Shown here piece by piece: positions 51,654-62,020 of a stretch of DNA of 64,000 bases. A program made the translations under genes and the position numbers. Below the pieces are notes generated by a model, which had not been told where the DNA came from, searched no databases, and saw only the letters and a program-made list of their open reading frames with translations. The DNA is from Pirellulales bacterium (GTDB lineage: Bacteria; Planctomycetota; Planctomycetia; Pirellulales; UBA1268), in contig JADHNY010000004.1 in the NCBI GenBank assembly GCA_016779265.1, positions 5,584 to 69,583 of the forward strand, read 5' to 3'. The stretch's first letter is position 1, and the number at the start of each line of letters is the position of its first letter.

Positions 51654-52583
51654 ATGGAAGCACCGTCCACGAAACCTGTCCGCCGTGTCCGCGGCATCCT
51701 CGCTGTGGGTGCGATCATCATGCTCACGCTTGCGATGGGCATCGTCGCGGCTGTCGCCGCTGCCTGGATCTACTTCCATCCGAAGTACGAGTGGACTCGT
51801 GGAGTCGTCTACGGCGAACGGAACGGCACCGAACTCACACTCGACGTCGTCTCGCCAGCCAAGCCCAACGGAGTTGGCGTGGTGTTCGTCGTCAGCGGTG
51901 GCTGGAAGTCGGGCACGGGCTCCTTCCGCCCCTGGCTCGCGGCTCCGCTGCTGCGACACGGCTACACGGTGTTTCCCGTTTACCATCTCTCCCAGCCCGA
52001 TGCCTCCGTTAGTGAGATCTTTGAGGATGTCTCGCGTGGCGTGCGGTTTGTCAGGGCTCATGCGAAGGACTACGGGATCGATCCGAACCGGCTGGGGGTG
52101 ACTGGTGGCAGCGCCGGCGGCCACCTCTCGCTGATGCTCGCAACTCGCGGGGAACCAGGACCTGCCGATGCCGAGGATGCGGTCGCTCGCGAAAGCAGCG
52201 GCGTGCAGTCGGTGGCGATCTTCTATCCCGTCACCGACCTGACCGACCTGACCGGGTCGACCGAATTCGCCGGAGATGGCCAGCCGCCGAAGAGTTTTCT
52301 CAAGGCCTTCCGGCAAGAACCGCTTGACCTGCCGCGATGGCAGGAAACCTCGCAAGCCCTCTCCCCGATTCTCCACCTCAGCGAGCGTCTTCCTCCCACG
52401 CTGATCCACCACGGCAACGCCGACACACTCGTGCCCTTTAGTCAGTCAAAGAGGTTTATCGAGAAGGCGGAGCAGCTCGGCTGCACCGTGCACCTGAAAG
52501 AGGTGCCCGATGCTGGCCACGGCTGGCTGACAATGCCGCTGGATATCATGGCCTTTGCCGACTGGTTCGACCGTACGCTCTAA
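51654..52583 (+). CDS. Alpha/beta hydrolase (esterase/lipase, BD-FAE-like)
   Basis: VVSGGW; GGSAGGHL; HGNADTLVP; GHGW (Ser-Asp-His). Confidence 0.88.
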   Translation: MEAPSTKPVRRVRGILAVGAIIMLTLAMGIVAAVAAAWIYFHPKYEWTRGVVYGERNGTELTLDVVSPAKPNGVGVVFVVSGGWKSGTGSFRPWLAAPLLRHGYTVFPVYHLSQPDASVSEIFEDVSRGVRFVRAHAKDYGIDPNRLGVTGGSAGGHLSLMLATRGEPGPADAEDAVARESSGVQSVAIFYPVTDLTDLTGSTEFAGDGQPPKSFLKAFRQEPLDLPRWQETSQALSPILHLSERLPPTLIHHGNADTLVPFSQSKRFIEKAEQLGCTVHLKEVPDAGHGWLTMPLDIMAFADWFDRTL

Positions 52584-52647
52584 CGGCCTCACGTTTCGAC
52601 GTTTTCCATCTGACGCTCTCGCACACTCCCCTTTGGCTTTTCTTCTC

Positions 52648-54090
52648 ATGTCTCACCGACCGACTTTTCTGAGGGCCGCCTGCGGTGTGCTTCTTCTGCT
52701 GACGGGTGCTGCATTCGCTGACGACAACGTCCCTGACAACAACCAGCACGGTTGCGACTACGCCATCGTGATCTCAAAGGCGACCGCAGGCGATCCTGCC
52801 TGGCAGCAGGTCGTCACTGCCCTCCACACAAAGCATGCTGCTCGCGGCGTGCTGGTGTTTGAGTACGACACCGCTGTCGACGAGGTCGCCCAAGGCCTCA
52901 CCGAGCATATGCCCGCCTACACCTGCATCGTGGCCACGCCAGCAGAAGCAGGCCGCGACTTCGTGGCGAAGGTGCATCAGTTCACCCGCAGTCTCGACGA
53001 CGATCCCTACACCGACACGCTGTGGGGCATCCTTACCGGCTTCGATGCGGCCAACGCCCTCTCGATCGCCACCCATGCCGAGCCCTTGCGAATCGAACGA
53101 GTCACCTCCGGCACGGAACTCGCCATGGATCGCGTCAGGGAGGGCGTCTGGTTCTCTGAACTCGAGCCAAACCTGAAGGTGGTCAAACCTCGCGACACCC
53201 CAGCTGAGCGGGCCTTCACGGAAACAGACACGACCGCAGCGATTGCCTCCCGCCTCTCAACAGGGCAGACGGACCTTTTTGTCACCTCCGGCCATGCTAC
53301 GGAGCGGGGCTGGCAGATCGGCTTTCGCTATCGCAACGGCACGTTTCGCTCCCAGGCTGGCCAGCTCTTTGGTGTTGAGACCTCGGGCAATCGTTTTCCG
53401 ATTCACTCCGAAAACCCGAAGGTCTGGCTACCGATTGGCAACTGCCTCGCCGGCCACATTGACGGCCCCGATGCACTCGCCCTCGCGTTTCTCAACGCTG
53501 CAGGGGTGCACCAAATGCTGGGCTACACCGTCCCCACCTGGTTTGGCTACGCAGGCTGGGGCTGCCTCGACTACTTTGTCGAACAGCCTGGCCGCTACAC
53601 GCTTACCGAGGCCTTCCACGCCAACGGCCATGCCCTGATCTACAACCTGGAACAGGCCAGGCAGGGCAAGCCGGTCACCGTTCCACTTGAGGGGCTCCGC
53701 TTTGATCGCGACGTGCTTGCGTTTTACGGCGACCCTGCCTGGGAAGCCCGGATGGCAGACGGGCCTCTCAACTACAGCCAGTCCTTGCAGACAATGCCCC
53801 AGCCCGACGGTCGTTTACTGCTCACGCTCGACATCACACCGCTGCGTGAGAAAGACTCCTTCTCAACGGTGAACACGAACGGTTCCCAGCGGGGTGGCCG
53901 ACCGCTGGTAGCCTACCTCCCGCAGCGTCTGCTCAATCTCACGCTCGTCGCAGGCGACGCCTACGAACCTGTCCTCACAGACCGCTTTGTGCTTGTTTCC
54001 CACCCAGGCCCTGACTGGAATGGCGAACCGATCCGCATCGTGTTTTCTGGTCGTCCAGCAGCTGCAGCGATCGTCGGAGACACTCCGTGA
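52648..54090 (+). CDS. Secreted hypothetical protein; candidate clan CD (gingipain/C25-like) cysteine peptidase
   Basis: Signal peptide MSHRPTFLRAACGVLLLLTGAAFA; FVTSGHA and LPIGNCLAG; FYGDPAW. The CDS is solid; the family call is an inference. Confidence 0.6.
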   Translation: MSHRPTFLRAACGVLLLLTGAAFADDNVPDNNQHGCDYAIVISKATAGDPAWQQVVTALHTKHAARGVLVFEYDTAVDEVAQGLTEHMPAYTCIVATPAEAGRDFVAKVHQFTRSLDDDPYTDTLWGILTGFDAANALSIATHAEPLRIERVTSGTELAMDRVREGVWFSELEPNLKVVKPRDTPAERAFTETDTTAAIASRLSTGQTDLFVTSGHATERGWQIGFRYRNGTFRSQAGQLFGVETSGNRFPIHSENPKVWLPIGNCLAGHIDGPDALALAFLNAAGVHQMLGYTVPTWFGYAGWGCLDYFVEQPGRYTLTEAFHANGHALIYNLEQARQGKPVTVPLEGLRFDRDVLAFYGDPAWEARMADGPLNYSQSLQTMPQPDGRLLLTLDITPLREKDSFSTVNTNGSQRGGRPLVAYLPQRLLNLTLVAGDAYEPVLTDRFVLVSHPGPDWNGEPIRIVFSGRPAAAAIVGDTP

Positions 54091-55238
54091 TGCAGGCCAC
54101 GCCAGCAGCCACCGCTGCCCAGCTGCATACCTGGTGCGGCCGGGAGGTGGACTTTCTCGCTGCAGCTCCCGGTCGAATCAACCTGATTGGTGAGCATGTT
54201 GACTATCAGGGAGGCCTGGTGCTGCCAGCAGCCATCGACCTCAGTGTCTTTGCTGCGGCTGCTCGTCTCGACGAACCGGTCATCCGCCTACACACCTCCT
54301 TTCCAGGAGCAGACGAGGTGGTGATTCCGCTTGCGGCTCTGGCCTCTCAGTCTGGACCAGCCGCCTGGGCGAACTATCCAATCGGTGTGCTCGCCTGCTA
54401 CCAACAGGCCGGCCACGCGACCGGTGGCCTTGCGATCGCCTTTGATGCGAGCCTTCCCGCCGGAGCAGGTCTCAGCAGCAGCGCTGCCTTTGAGGCCGCC
54501 ACGGCCGTGATCATCGAACAGGCACTCGGCATCAGGCTTCCTGCCCGTGACCGCGCCCTGCTCTGCCAGCAAGCAGAGCATCGGTATGCCGGGGTGCCGT
54601 GCGGCATCATGGATCAGCTTGCAGTGAATGCGGGCCAGGCTGGTCACGCCCTGCTGATCGACTGCCAGTCGCTTGAAGTCAGCCCCACGCCTGTGCCCGA
54701 CAGTGTGGCGATGGTGGTTGTCGACAGTGGCGTCAAGCATGCCCTCGCCGACGGAGAATACGCCAAGCGACGCGCAGACTGTGAAGCTGCGGCCCAAACA
54801 CTCGGGGTCCGTTGTCTGCGTGAGGCCAGCCCAGAGATGGTGATTTCCGCCCAAACGCAGCTTGGCGAGCGAATCTTCCGCCGGGCGCGGCATGTGGTCA
54901 CGGAAGTTGAGCGAACGCGAAAGTTTGCAGCCGCGTTGGCTGAGCACCATCTTGAAGAAGCCGCTCGGTTAATGGCCGCCAGCCACGCCTCGTTACGAGA
55001 CGACTTCGAGGTCAGCTGTGACGAGCTCAACACTCTTGTGGAGATTGCCAACGGCATGGGCATCCGTGGATCGCGGATGATGGGAGGGGGGTTTGGCGGC
55101 AGTACGATCCAGCTCGTTCCTGTGGCAGATGCTCCAGCGATTGCTACCGCGATTGAACACGCTGCCGGCGGGCGTGGGCTTCGCGTGTCGGCTTTTCCGG
55201 TCACAGCTGCAGCGGCAGCAGCGCCGGTTGCGTTGTGA
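54087..55238 (+). CDS. galK: Galactokinase
   Basis: APGRINLIGEHVDY; GAGLSSSAA; CGIMDQ; RARHVVTE; GSRMMGGGFGG. Confidence 0.95.
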   Translation: MMQATPAATAAQLHTWCGREVDFLAAAPGRINLIGEHVDYQGGLVLPAAIDLSVFAAAARLDEPVIRLHTSFPGADEVVIPLAALASQSGPAAWANYPIGVLACYQQAGHATGGLAIAFDASLPAGAGLSSSAAFEAATAVIIEQALGIRLPARDRALLCQQAEHRYAGVPCGIMDQLAVNAGQAGHALLIDCQSLEVSPTPVPDSVAMVVVDSGVKHALADGEYAKRRADCEAAAQTLGVRCLREASPEMVISAQTQLGERIFRRARHVVTEVERTRKFAAALAEHHLEEAARLMAASHASLRDDFEVSCDELNTLVEIANGMGIRGSRMMGGGFGGSTIQLVPVADAPAIATAIEHAAGGRGLRVSAFPVTAAAAAAPVAL

Positions 55239-55391
55239 CCTCTCCAAGCAGATCATCCTGACAGGGAGTGACTGCGGTCGAGAAGCCGCCGCGTGCTGCG
55301 GCCGACCTGCCGCGTCCCTTGTCGAGTGGTTTCTGGACAGACTGCTCGTGTCGAGAGAAGCCGATGTATCAATGCTCGTGAGGTGCCTGCC

Positions 55392-57656
55392 GTGACCGTT
55401 CGCCACCTGCTCTGTTTTGCTGCGCTGCTTGCGGCAGCTTTCGCCGTTGCCTGCGAGACTCGCGCCGAGTTTGCCGACCCTGCCTGGCAGTACACGACAA
55501 AAGCTCCCGACGCCGGCTGGGAAAAGCCTGGGTTCGACGCTTCAGGATGGAAAACCGGCTTCGGCGGCTTCGGTGATCCCTCTACACCGGGGTCCCGTGT
55601 CAGCACCACCTGGTATACGCCGGAGATCTGGCTGCGACGGACCATCACCCTCGACGCCGTGCCTGCCGAGCCCGCCCTGCTGATCCATCACGACGAAGAT
55701 GCTGACGTGTTTATCAACGGTGAGAAAGCCGCGACTTTCGCAGGCTTCATCACCGAGTTTCAGCTCCACAAGCTCGATACGGCCGCGGCCAAGCTGCTGA
55801 AAGCCGGCGAGAACCTGATCGCGGTCCACTGTCGCCAGACCGGCGGTGGGCAGTCGATCGACGTCCACATCGTTGACGCTGCTGCTGTGCCAAAACTGCC
55901 AAAGCCCAAGCGGCCCGAACAGCCGTTCGTCTCGGAGCTGATCACCGCATGGGGCGAGAAGGTCACTCCCGAGAATGCCTGGCGGGAGTATCCCCGGCCG
56001 CAGCTTGTGCGGGAGAACTGGACCAATCTCAACGGCACCTGGAACTATGCGATCACCCCGATCAGCGCTGATGCTGCGAAGGAATGGGATGGGGACATTC
56101 TCGTCCCATTCGCAGTGGAATCGAAGCTCTCTGGGGTGCAACGGCTGCTGCACGACGACCAAGCCCTCTGGTATTCCAAGACATTCACCGCCACCCCGTC
56201 CGCTGCTCATCGCACGCTGCTGCATTTCGAAGCCTGCGACTACGCGATGAAGGCATGGCTCAACGGCGTCCACATCGGCAGCCATGTTGGTGGCAATCTG
56301 CCGTTTGCTTTCGACATTACCGACGCTCTGGCCGCTGCGGAAAACGGCTTGAGTGAGCTGATCGTTCGCGTGGAAGATGCCACCGGCGATTACCAGCTGC
56401 GAGGCAAGCAGAACGTCCGGCCCCACGGCATCTTCTACACCCAAGTCTCTGGGATCTATGGCACCGTCTGGCTTGAGCAGGTGCCCCAGACCTACCTCCG
56501 CGACATCGGCATCGACACCCGCTGTGATGGCACGGTGACCTTCACGCTCGATGTGGAAGGTCCGCAGCAGGAAGTCGAGATCGCCGCAGCGCTCAATGGC
56601 AAAACGGTTGCTGTCGCTGAGGCAGCGACAGCAGGCGAGTCAATCCAGCTAACAATCCCCGAGCCCAAGCTCTGGAGTCCGGATTCCCCCACACTCTACG
56701 ACCTCACCATCCGCGTCGGTGACGATCGCGTGACAAGTTACTTCGGCATCCGTGAAGTTGGCCGAGAGCAAGACGCCGAAGGCCACTGGCGGTTGACCCT
56801 CAATGGCGAACCGATTTTCCACTTCGGCCCTCTCGACCAAGGCTGGTGGCCCGACGGCCTCCTCACACCTCCGTCTGACGAGGCGATGCGTTGGGATGTC
56901 GACTACCTCAAGGCCGCTGGCTTCAACATGATCCGCAAGCACATCAAGGTGGAGCCGAGGCGGTTCTATGCCTACTGCGATCAGATTGGCATGCTTCTCT
57001 GGCAGGACCAGGTGGCTGGCTTCCCCAACCCACCATGGACCCGTCTCGATCCGAATCCAACCGACGTCGAGTGGCCCGAGGAAGCCCGTGCTCAGTTCAT
57101 GGACGAGCTCGACACGATGATCACTCAGCTCGACACGCATCCGAGCATCGCGGTCTGGGTTCCCTTCAACGAAGCATGGGGCCAGCACCGGACCGTTGAG
57201 GTGGGCGAGTGGACGGTCGCTCGTGACCCATCACGCATCGTCAACATTGCCAGCGGTGGCAACTTCTGGCCTGCCGGCCATATCGTGGACGAGCATCGTT
57301 ACCCCCATCCTGGTTTCCCCTTCCACCTCGACACCAACGGTCGCTTCGACGACTTCATCAAGGTGGTCGGTGAGTTTGGCGGCCATGGCCTTCCGGTCCA
57401 GGGTCACCTCTGGGACAACTCAACGCGAAACTGGGGCTACGGCGGACTCCCTAAGAACAAGGCTGAGTACCTCGAGCGGTACCGCGAATCGATTCGGCGG
57501 CTTGTCGAGCTCAAAGGCCGAGGCATCGCTGCTGGCGTCTACACCCAGACCAGCGATGTGGAAGGCGAGATCAACGGACTGGTCACCTACGACCGGGCTG
57601 AGATCAAAATCCCTGCCAAGCAGCTCAAGAAGATGCATGAGCAGCTCTACAAGTAG
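55392..57656 (+). CDS. GH2 glycoside hydrolase (beta-galactosidase-like) with N-terminal carbohydrate-binding-like domain
   Basis: EYPRPQ; NLNGTW; LHFEACDY; SGIYGTVWLE; LDQGWWPDG; RKHIKVEP; WVPFNEAWG; GEFGG; NGLVTYDR. Likely GTG start at 55392. Confidence 0.9.
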   Translation: MTVRHLLCFAALLAAAFAVACETRAEFADPAWQYTTKAPDAGWEKPGFDASGWKTGFGGFGDPSTPGSRVSTTWYTPEIWLRRTITLDAVPAEPALLIHHDEDADVFINGEKAATFAGFITEFQLHKLDTAAAKLLKAGENLIAVHCRQTGGGQSIDVHIVDAAAVPKLPKPKRPEQPFVSELITAWGEKVTPENAWREYPRPQLVRENWTNLNGTWNYAITPISADAAKEWDGDILVPFAVESKLSGVQRLLHDDQALWYSKTFTATPSAAHRTLLHFEACDYAMKAWLNGVHIGSHVGGNLPFAFDITDALAAAENGLSELIVRVEDATGDYQLRGKQNVRPHGIFYTQVSGIYGTVWLEQVPQTYLRDIGIDTRCDGTVTFTLDVEGPQQEVEIAAALNGKTVAVAEAATAGESIQLTIPEPKLWSPDSPTLYDLTIRVGDDRVTSYFGIREVGREQDAEGHWRLTLNGEPIFHFGPLDQGWWPDGLLTPPSDEAMRWDVDYLKAAGFNMIRKHIKVEPRRFYAYCDQIGMLLWQDQVAGFPNPPWTRLDPNPTDVEWPEEARAQFMDELDTMITQLDTHPSIAVWVPFNEAWGQHRTVEVGEWTVARDPSRIVNIASGGNFWPAGHIVDEHRYPHPGFPFHLDTNGRFDDFIKVVGEFGGHGLPVQGHLWDNSTRNWGYGGLPKNKAEYLERYRESIRRLVELKGRGIAAGVYTQTSDVEGEINGLVTYDRAEIKIPAKQLKKMHEQLYK

Positions 57657-57675
57657 GGCGTCTCCCCACAAGGAA

Positions 57676-58968
57676 TCAGCCAGCAAAGGTGGCCACGAGC
57701 TTGAGCACCGTTCGGGCGGTCAAAAGCGTGGTCACCACCAGGCCTAGTGACGCCATCACGAGCATCCAGCGGGGAATTTTCCTGGCCCCCGTCAGTTCCG
57801 GCCGGGTCGCCAGATAGAGCAGCGTGGCTGCGAGTGCGGGCAGTCCCAGCACGGTCGATGCCTGGGCGACTGTAATCGCAGCAACAGGCTTGATGCCCAT
57901 CAGCTGGCAGCCAATCGCAATCCCCATAGCGATCAGTAGAGCGGCCACCGTCGCATGCTTCGTGCCGCGGTCATTCATCGTTTCTCCAAAGCCAAAGCCG
58001 TCAGCAAGCATGTTGCCGCCGATCAACGCGTTGACCATGAAGGCCCCAAAGCCACCAGCAAAGATGCCGGTGCTGAAGACGAGGGTGGCATAACGGCCAA
58101 ACAGCGGCTCAAACTGCCGGGCGACATCGCTGACGTTGGTGAGCGTGGCGGGATCGACATCCGTACCATGCAGCGCCGCAGCCGCTGTGCTCATCAGGAT
58201 CACCGAAACACCGCCGAGCACCATGATGCCGGCGAGAGAGTCGACCATGCCCTTGCGTGCATCAGCGATCCCCCAGCCACGGGCCCGCACGTTGTAGGCC
58301 TGGTAGAAGGCTCCTGCCACAGAAAAGGTCGTTGCCACTAGGGCCTGCAGCACCGTCACATTTGCATCCGCCTTCGGTGAGAGCAGCATCGCAAAGCCAC
58401 CTTCGGGCGGTGATGGAATCAGCCCTCGCAGCATGGCGGCAATGTCTGGCCTAGCCAAAACGAAGTTCACCAGGAACGAACAGACCACGACCAGCACGAT
58501 GCCCTTCAGGAGTTTCTCGACCGGCTTGTAGAGATTGCTGAATCGGTAAATCACCGCGATCACAAAGGCATTGACCGCCAGCAGCACTGCCACGGGCATC
58601 AGCGGAGAGCCGTCGCTGCCCAGCGGCAGCCCAAAGGCCTGCAAGGCGGCCACCACAGCGATGTTGTTGCTGACCTGAAAACCCACCACGACGAGAAACA
58701 GGCAAAGCCCCACGAACGCAGCAACACCTCGCCCCAAACGGGCGGCAACCTCGCCAAGGAGTGTTCGCTCAAACACAACCCCAAGCCGTGCCGAAAGCAC
58801 GATCATGCCCCACATCAAGGCAGCCGCGGAGACCACCACCCAGAGCATGGAGTAGCCGTAGATTGCTCCCGTCTTGGAGCTCATCAGCATGCTGCCAGGT
58901 CCACAGACCACGGCTGCCACAATGATCGCTGGCCCAACTGACCGAAGAACTGAGAGCAGTCCCTGCAT
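57676..58968 (-). CDS. NRAMP-family divalent metal (or related) transporter
   Basis: GPAIIVAAVVCGPGS; YGYSMLW; FQVSNN; ATTFS; about 11 TM segments. Confidence 0.8.
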   Translation of the reverse strand: MQGLLSVLRSVGPAIIVAAVVCGPGSMLMSSKTGAIYGYSMLWVVVSAAALMWGMIVLSARLGVVFERTLLGEVAARLGRGVAAFVGLCLFLVVVGFQVSNNIAVVAALQAFGLPLGSDGSPLMPVAVLLAVNAFVIAVIYRFSNLYKPVEKLLKGIVLVVVCSFLVNFVLARPDIAAMLRGLIPSPPEGGFAMLLSPKADANVTVLQALVATTFSVAGAFYQAYNVRARGWGIADARKGMVDSLAGIMVLGGVSVILMSTAAAALHGTDVDPATLTNVSDVARQFEPLFGRYATLVFSTGIFAGGFGAFMVNALIGGNMLADGFGFGETMNDRGTKHATVAALLIAMGIAIGCQLMGIKPVAAITVAQASTVLGLPALAATLLYLATRPELTGARKIPRWMLVMASLGLVVTTLLTARTVLKLVATFAG

Positions 58969-59046
58969 CGCGTATCCCCCTACAAAACGCTGATTACTCG
59001 ATGCGTAGGATAGCCCAGCAACCCCCTGCTCTGCGACCGAAACAGA

Positions 59047-60366
59047 TCAGTACTTAAAGCCAACGCCCACATCGATGCCGTCAGCAGAGAGTTCCGATGT
59101 CACGTTGGTGCCAGGGATGGGGCCACGAGGCGTTTGCCAGGGGCCACTCACGCTTCCGGTGAAGAAGTGGGCATAGGCCACCGACACATTGAAGCGATCA
59201 GAGATGTCGTACGTGCCGCCGAGCGTGACCGCCTGCTGCATCACGAAGGGGGAAGCGACATTCGCAAAGGCCTGATCCTCACCGATCGGCTTCGTGTTGT
59301 AGGAGTAGCCAATCCGCAGCCGAGTGGCCTCGGAGTAGCTGTACTCGGCACCCGTGGCCACAGCAAACATGTCGGCCACATCAAGACCTCGCACACCGCC
59401 CTCTGGCGTGAAGCCAGACGCCGAATACGGAGTCGTCGCTTCAAAGTTTAGGTAGCGAAGATCGCAGGCAAACTTCCAGTGTTCAAAGCCGCGGTAGGCC
59501 GCTCCTATCGAGAGCACCGGTGGCGCATCGACCAGGAAGTTGATTGTGCGAGGCGAGCCGTTCGGGGTGCTCGACGCATACTGAAACGGAACGAATGACT
59601 GCAGACTGCGGTACGAAATCCCAAAATCAATGTCGTAGTCGGTCTCGTACCAGGCGCCAAACATGAAGCCGCCGCCCCAGTGGTAGCCCGTGTGGGTCAG
59701 CGGGGGATACACAGGCTGCCCGCCCTGCATGTCGGGGGCCGCGAGGATGCCGGGATCAACCGCCAGCGACGCGATATTGATGAGCGGTGAGAAACTGATC
59801 GAGAGTTGATCCGTCAACTGGTAGGCCAGCGTGGGCGCGATCTGCAGCAAAATGTACTGTGAGAAGATCGGTCCGACACCAAAGCCCTGCGGTGGGCGTG
59901 GCGACACCAAGGGGTTTTCTGGGCTACCGGGATAGTTCACTCCAAACCCCGCGAGCGTCATCAGCCCAACACCGTACGACATTCTCGAATCATCCGGCCG
60001 ATACACGAAGCCGAAGTTCGGAATGGGAAACGCACCACTCTCGCTGGCAGTCCGCCCCCCCACATCCATTGGCGGCATACCTGGCCCAAATGCTCCAGCA
60101 TCGACCTCGGATGAGAGCGACGCATAAGGCATAAAGACTTCAAGTGCCATGTCCGCCGAGTTCGGCAATGCCGTCAGCGTGGCAGGATTCCAAAGAAAGG
60201 CCCCGAGCGTATCAAGGGGGAGCGCCGTCGACGCCCCGGCGATCGAGCGATTAATGGGGCCGGCGCCAGTAAGCAGTGGGCCGTACTGGGCGGCTGCTGA
60301 TGATGCCCACACGCTCGCCACCACCATCATGAGACCGACGCTCAGACGTTGCCGCCATCCGATCAT
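59047..60366 (-). CDS. FadL/OmpP1/Toluene_X family outer-membrane transport protein
   Basis: GAGPINRSIAGA; WNPATL; PNFGFV; GFGVNY; LRIGYSYN; C-terminal VGFKY. Confidence 0.85.
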   Translation of the reverse strand: MIGWRQRLSVGLMMVVASVWASSAAAQYGPLLTGAGPINRSIAGASTALPLDTLGAFLWNPATLTALPNSADMALEVFMPYASLSSEVDAGAFGPGMPPMDVGGRTASESGAFPIPNFGFVYRPDDSRMSYGVGLMTLAGFGVNYPGSPENPLVSPRPPQGFGVGPIFSQYILLQIAPTLAYQLTDQLSISFSPLINIASLAVDPGILAAPDMQGGQPVYPPLTHTGYHWGGGFMFGAWYETDYDIDFGISYRSLQSFVPFQYASSTPNGSPRTINFLVDAPPVLSIGAAYRGFEHWKFACDLRYLNFEATTPYSASGFTPEGGVRGLDVADMFAVATGAEYSYSEATRLRIGYSYNTKPIGEDQAFANVASPFVMQQAVTLGGTYDISDRFNVSVAYAHFFTGSVSGPWQTPRGPIPGTNVTSELSADGIDVGVGFKY

Positions 60367-60514
60367 GAGGATTTCCTCGGAGAGGCTCCGCACCAAACCA
60401 GGATGTCAGCCTGTGGACATCTTTGGGTGGTATCGGTCATGCCGATGAATCTGGTTGTGCCGAATGACAGGCCCCAAGAAAAGCCTCCCAAACCCCCAGG
60501 GTTTTCAGCCGGTG

Positions 60515-62020
60515 CTAGACAGACGCGGACGAGGCCTTCAGGCCAGTCACCTGAAAGATCTCCATAGGCTCCTTGCCTTTGAGAGGCACAAGCCCGAGCG
60601 ACACGCCTTCGCAGACATCCGCCACACGCATCCAGGTCGTCCTGCTCACGCAGACGGAGCCTGGCATTGCTGCATGCTCGATACGAGAGGCCGTGTTCAC
60701 TGCGTCACCCCAGATGTCGTACTGATACTTGCGATGGCCCACGACGCCGGCAAACACCGGCCCGCAGTGGACACCAACCCGCACCTGCCAGCGCGGAAGT
60801 GCCTTCGCCACCTGTTCGGCCATCTCCAGACCACAGCGGACTGATGCCAGCGCGGCATCTCCCTCTGTGCCAAGTCCAGCAGCAGCCATGAACGCATCGC
60901 CGATCGTCTTGATTTTCTCCAGCCCATGATGCGTACACGCCGCCTCCTGCACCTCAACCATGGTCTGTAGATGCTGCAGAAGTTCCTCCGGGGTGGCCTG
61001 CTCAGAAAACGCCGTAAAGCCAACCACATCACAGAACAACACACCCACGTCATCGAATCGGCGTGGCCGTACGCTGCTGTTGTTCTTCAACTCGGCTGCC
61101 ACATCGGGAGGCAGAATTACATGCAGCAGTTCATCCGACCGCTTCTTCTCCTGCTCGATACGGTCGAGGTATGCCTGCTCGCGGTCACGAAGTCGCTTCT
61201 TCTCAAGGCTGGCATTGATCCGTGTTCGCAGGAACACCGGGTCACACGGCTTGCGGAGATGGTCATCAGCCCCGAGCGCAATGCAGCGAACAACCGTCTG
61301 CGGCTCGTCGTCCGCGGAGAGCACGATCACGGGGATCGACTGCAGCTGCGGATCGGCCTTCAGCTGCTCAAGCACGGCCATTCCATCAAGCCGTGGCATC
61401 CAGAGATCGAGAAGAATCAGATCAAACGGCTGCTCACGGATTCGCTCCAGGCAAACAACACCGTCTTCCGCAAAGCCCACCTCATGCCCCAGTTGCTGCA
61501 GACGCCGTGAAAGGATCTCCCTATTCACAGCGCTGTCATCGACCACCAGGATTCTCCCTGGCTGTCCCGTCGGCAAATGGACATCGGCGACCTCGCGGCT
61601 GACTGCATAAACACCCGTGCCGTCGCTACCGCCCGTTATCACCCGCTCACTGATGACACCAAGCAGTCTCTCGGCAGCCCCCCGGATCTTGCCAACATCC
61701 GCTGCGATACTCGCCTCCCCAGCAGCCGTCGCTTCCTCAGCAACGAGTTCGGTGTAGCCAAGAATCTGATTGAGCGGCTCGCGAACTTCACGGTCAATCG
61801 TCTCGGGAGGCACCGGCGTGACCGTCCGGGCAGCTGGCGCAAGCGTTGACTCAATGACGGTCAGCAGTCGCTGACCAGCGGCATGGATCTTCTGCAGATC
61901 GTGCACAATCTGCTCGTGACCAGCATCAGACGCATCCTCAATGGCGATCTCGCTGTAGCCAAGGATGTGGTTGAGCGGCGAACGAAGTTCATGCCCCACA
62001 GACGCTTCGTGCGTGCTCAT
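60515..62020 (-). CDS. Class III adenylate/guanylate cyclase: DHp-DHp*-REC-cyclase
   Basis: HELRSPLNHILGY; REVREPLNQILGY; ILVVDD...LLDLWMP...KP; VLFCDVVGFT; KIKTIGDAFM; YDIWGDAVNTASR. Confidence 0.92.
   Translation of the reverse strand: MSTHEASVGHELRSPLNHILGYSEIAIEDASDAGHEQIVHDLQKIHAAGQRLLTVIESTLAPAARTVTPVPPETIDREVREPLNQILGYTELVAEEATAAGEASIAADVGKIRGAAERLLGVISERVITGGSDGTGVYAVSREVADVHLPTGQPGRILVVDDSAVNREILSRRLQQLGHEVGFAEDGVVCLERIREQPFDLILLDLWMPRLDGMAVLEQLKADPQLQSIPVIVLSADDEPQTVVRCIALGADDHLRKPCDPVFLRTRINASLEKKRLRDREQAYLDRIEQEKKRSDELLHVILPPDVAAELKNNSSVRPRRFDDVGVLFCDVVGFTAFSEQATPEELLQHLQTMVEVQEAACTHHGLEKIKTIGDAFMAAAGLGTEGDAALASVRCGLEMAEQVAKALPRWQVRVGVHCGPVFAGVVGHRKYQYDIWGDAVNTASRIEHAAMPGSVCVSRTTWMRVADVCEGVSLGLVPLKGKEPMEIFQVTGLKASSASV

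Noticed and set aside
60432-60446. Near-palindrome ATCGGTCATGCCGAT upstream of the FadL-like gene
   Set aside because: Single imperfect occurrence with no regulator nearby; too weak to call an operator.
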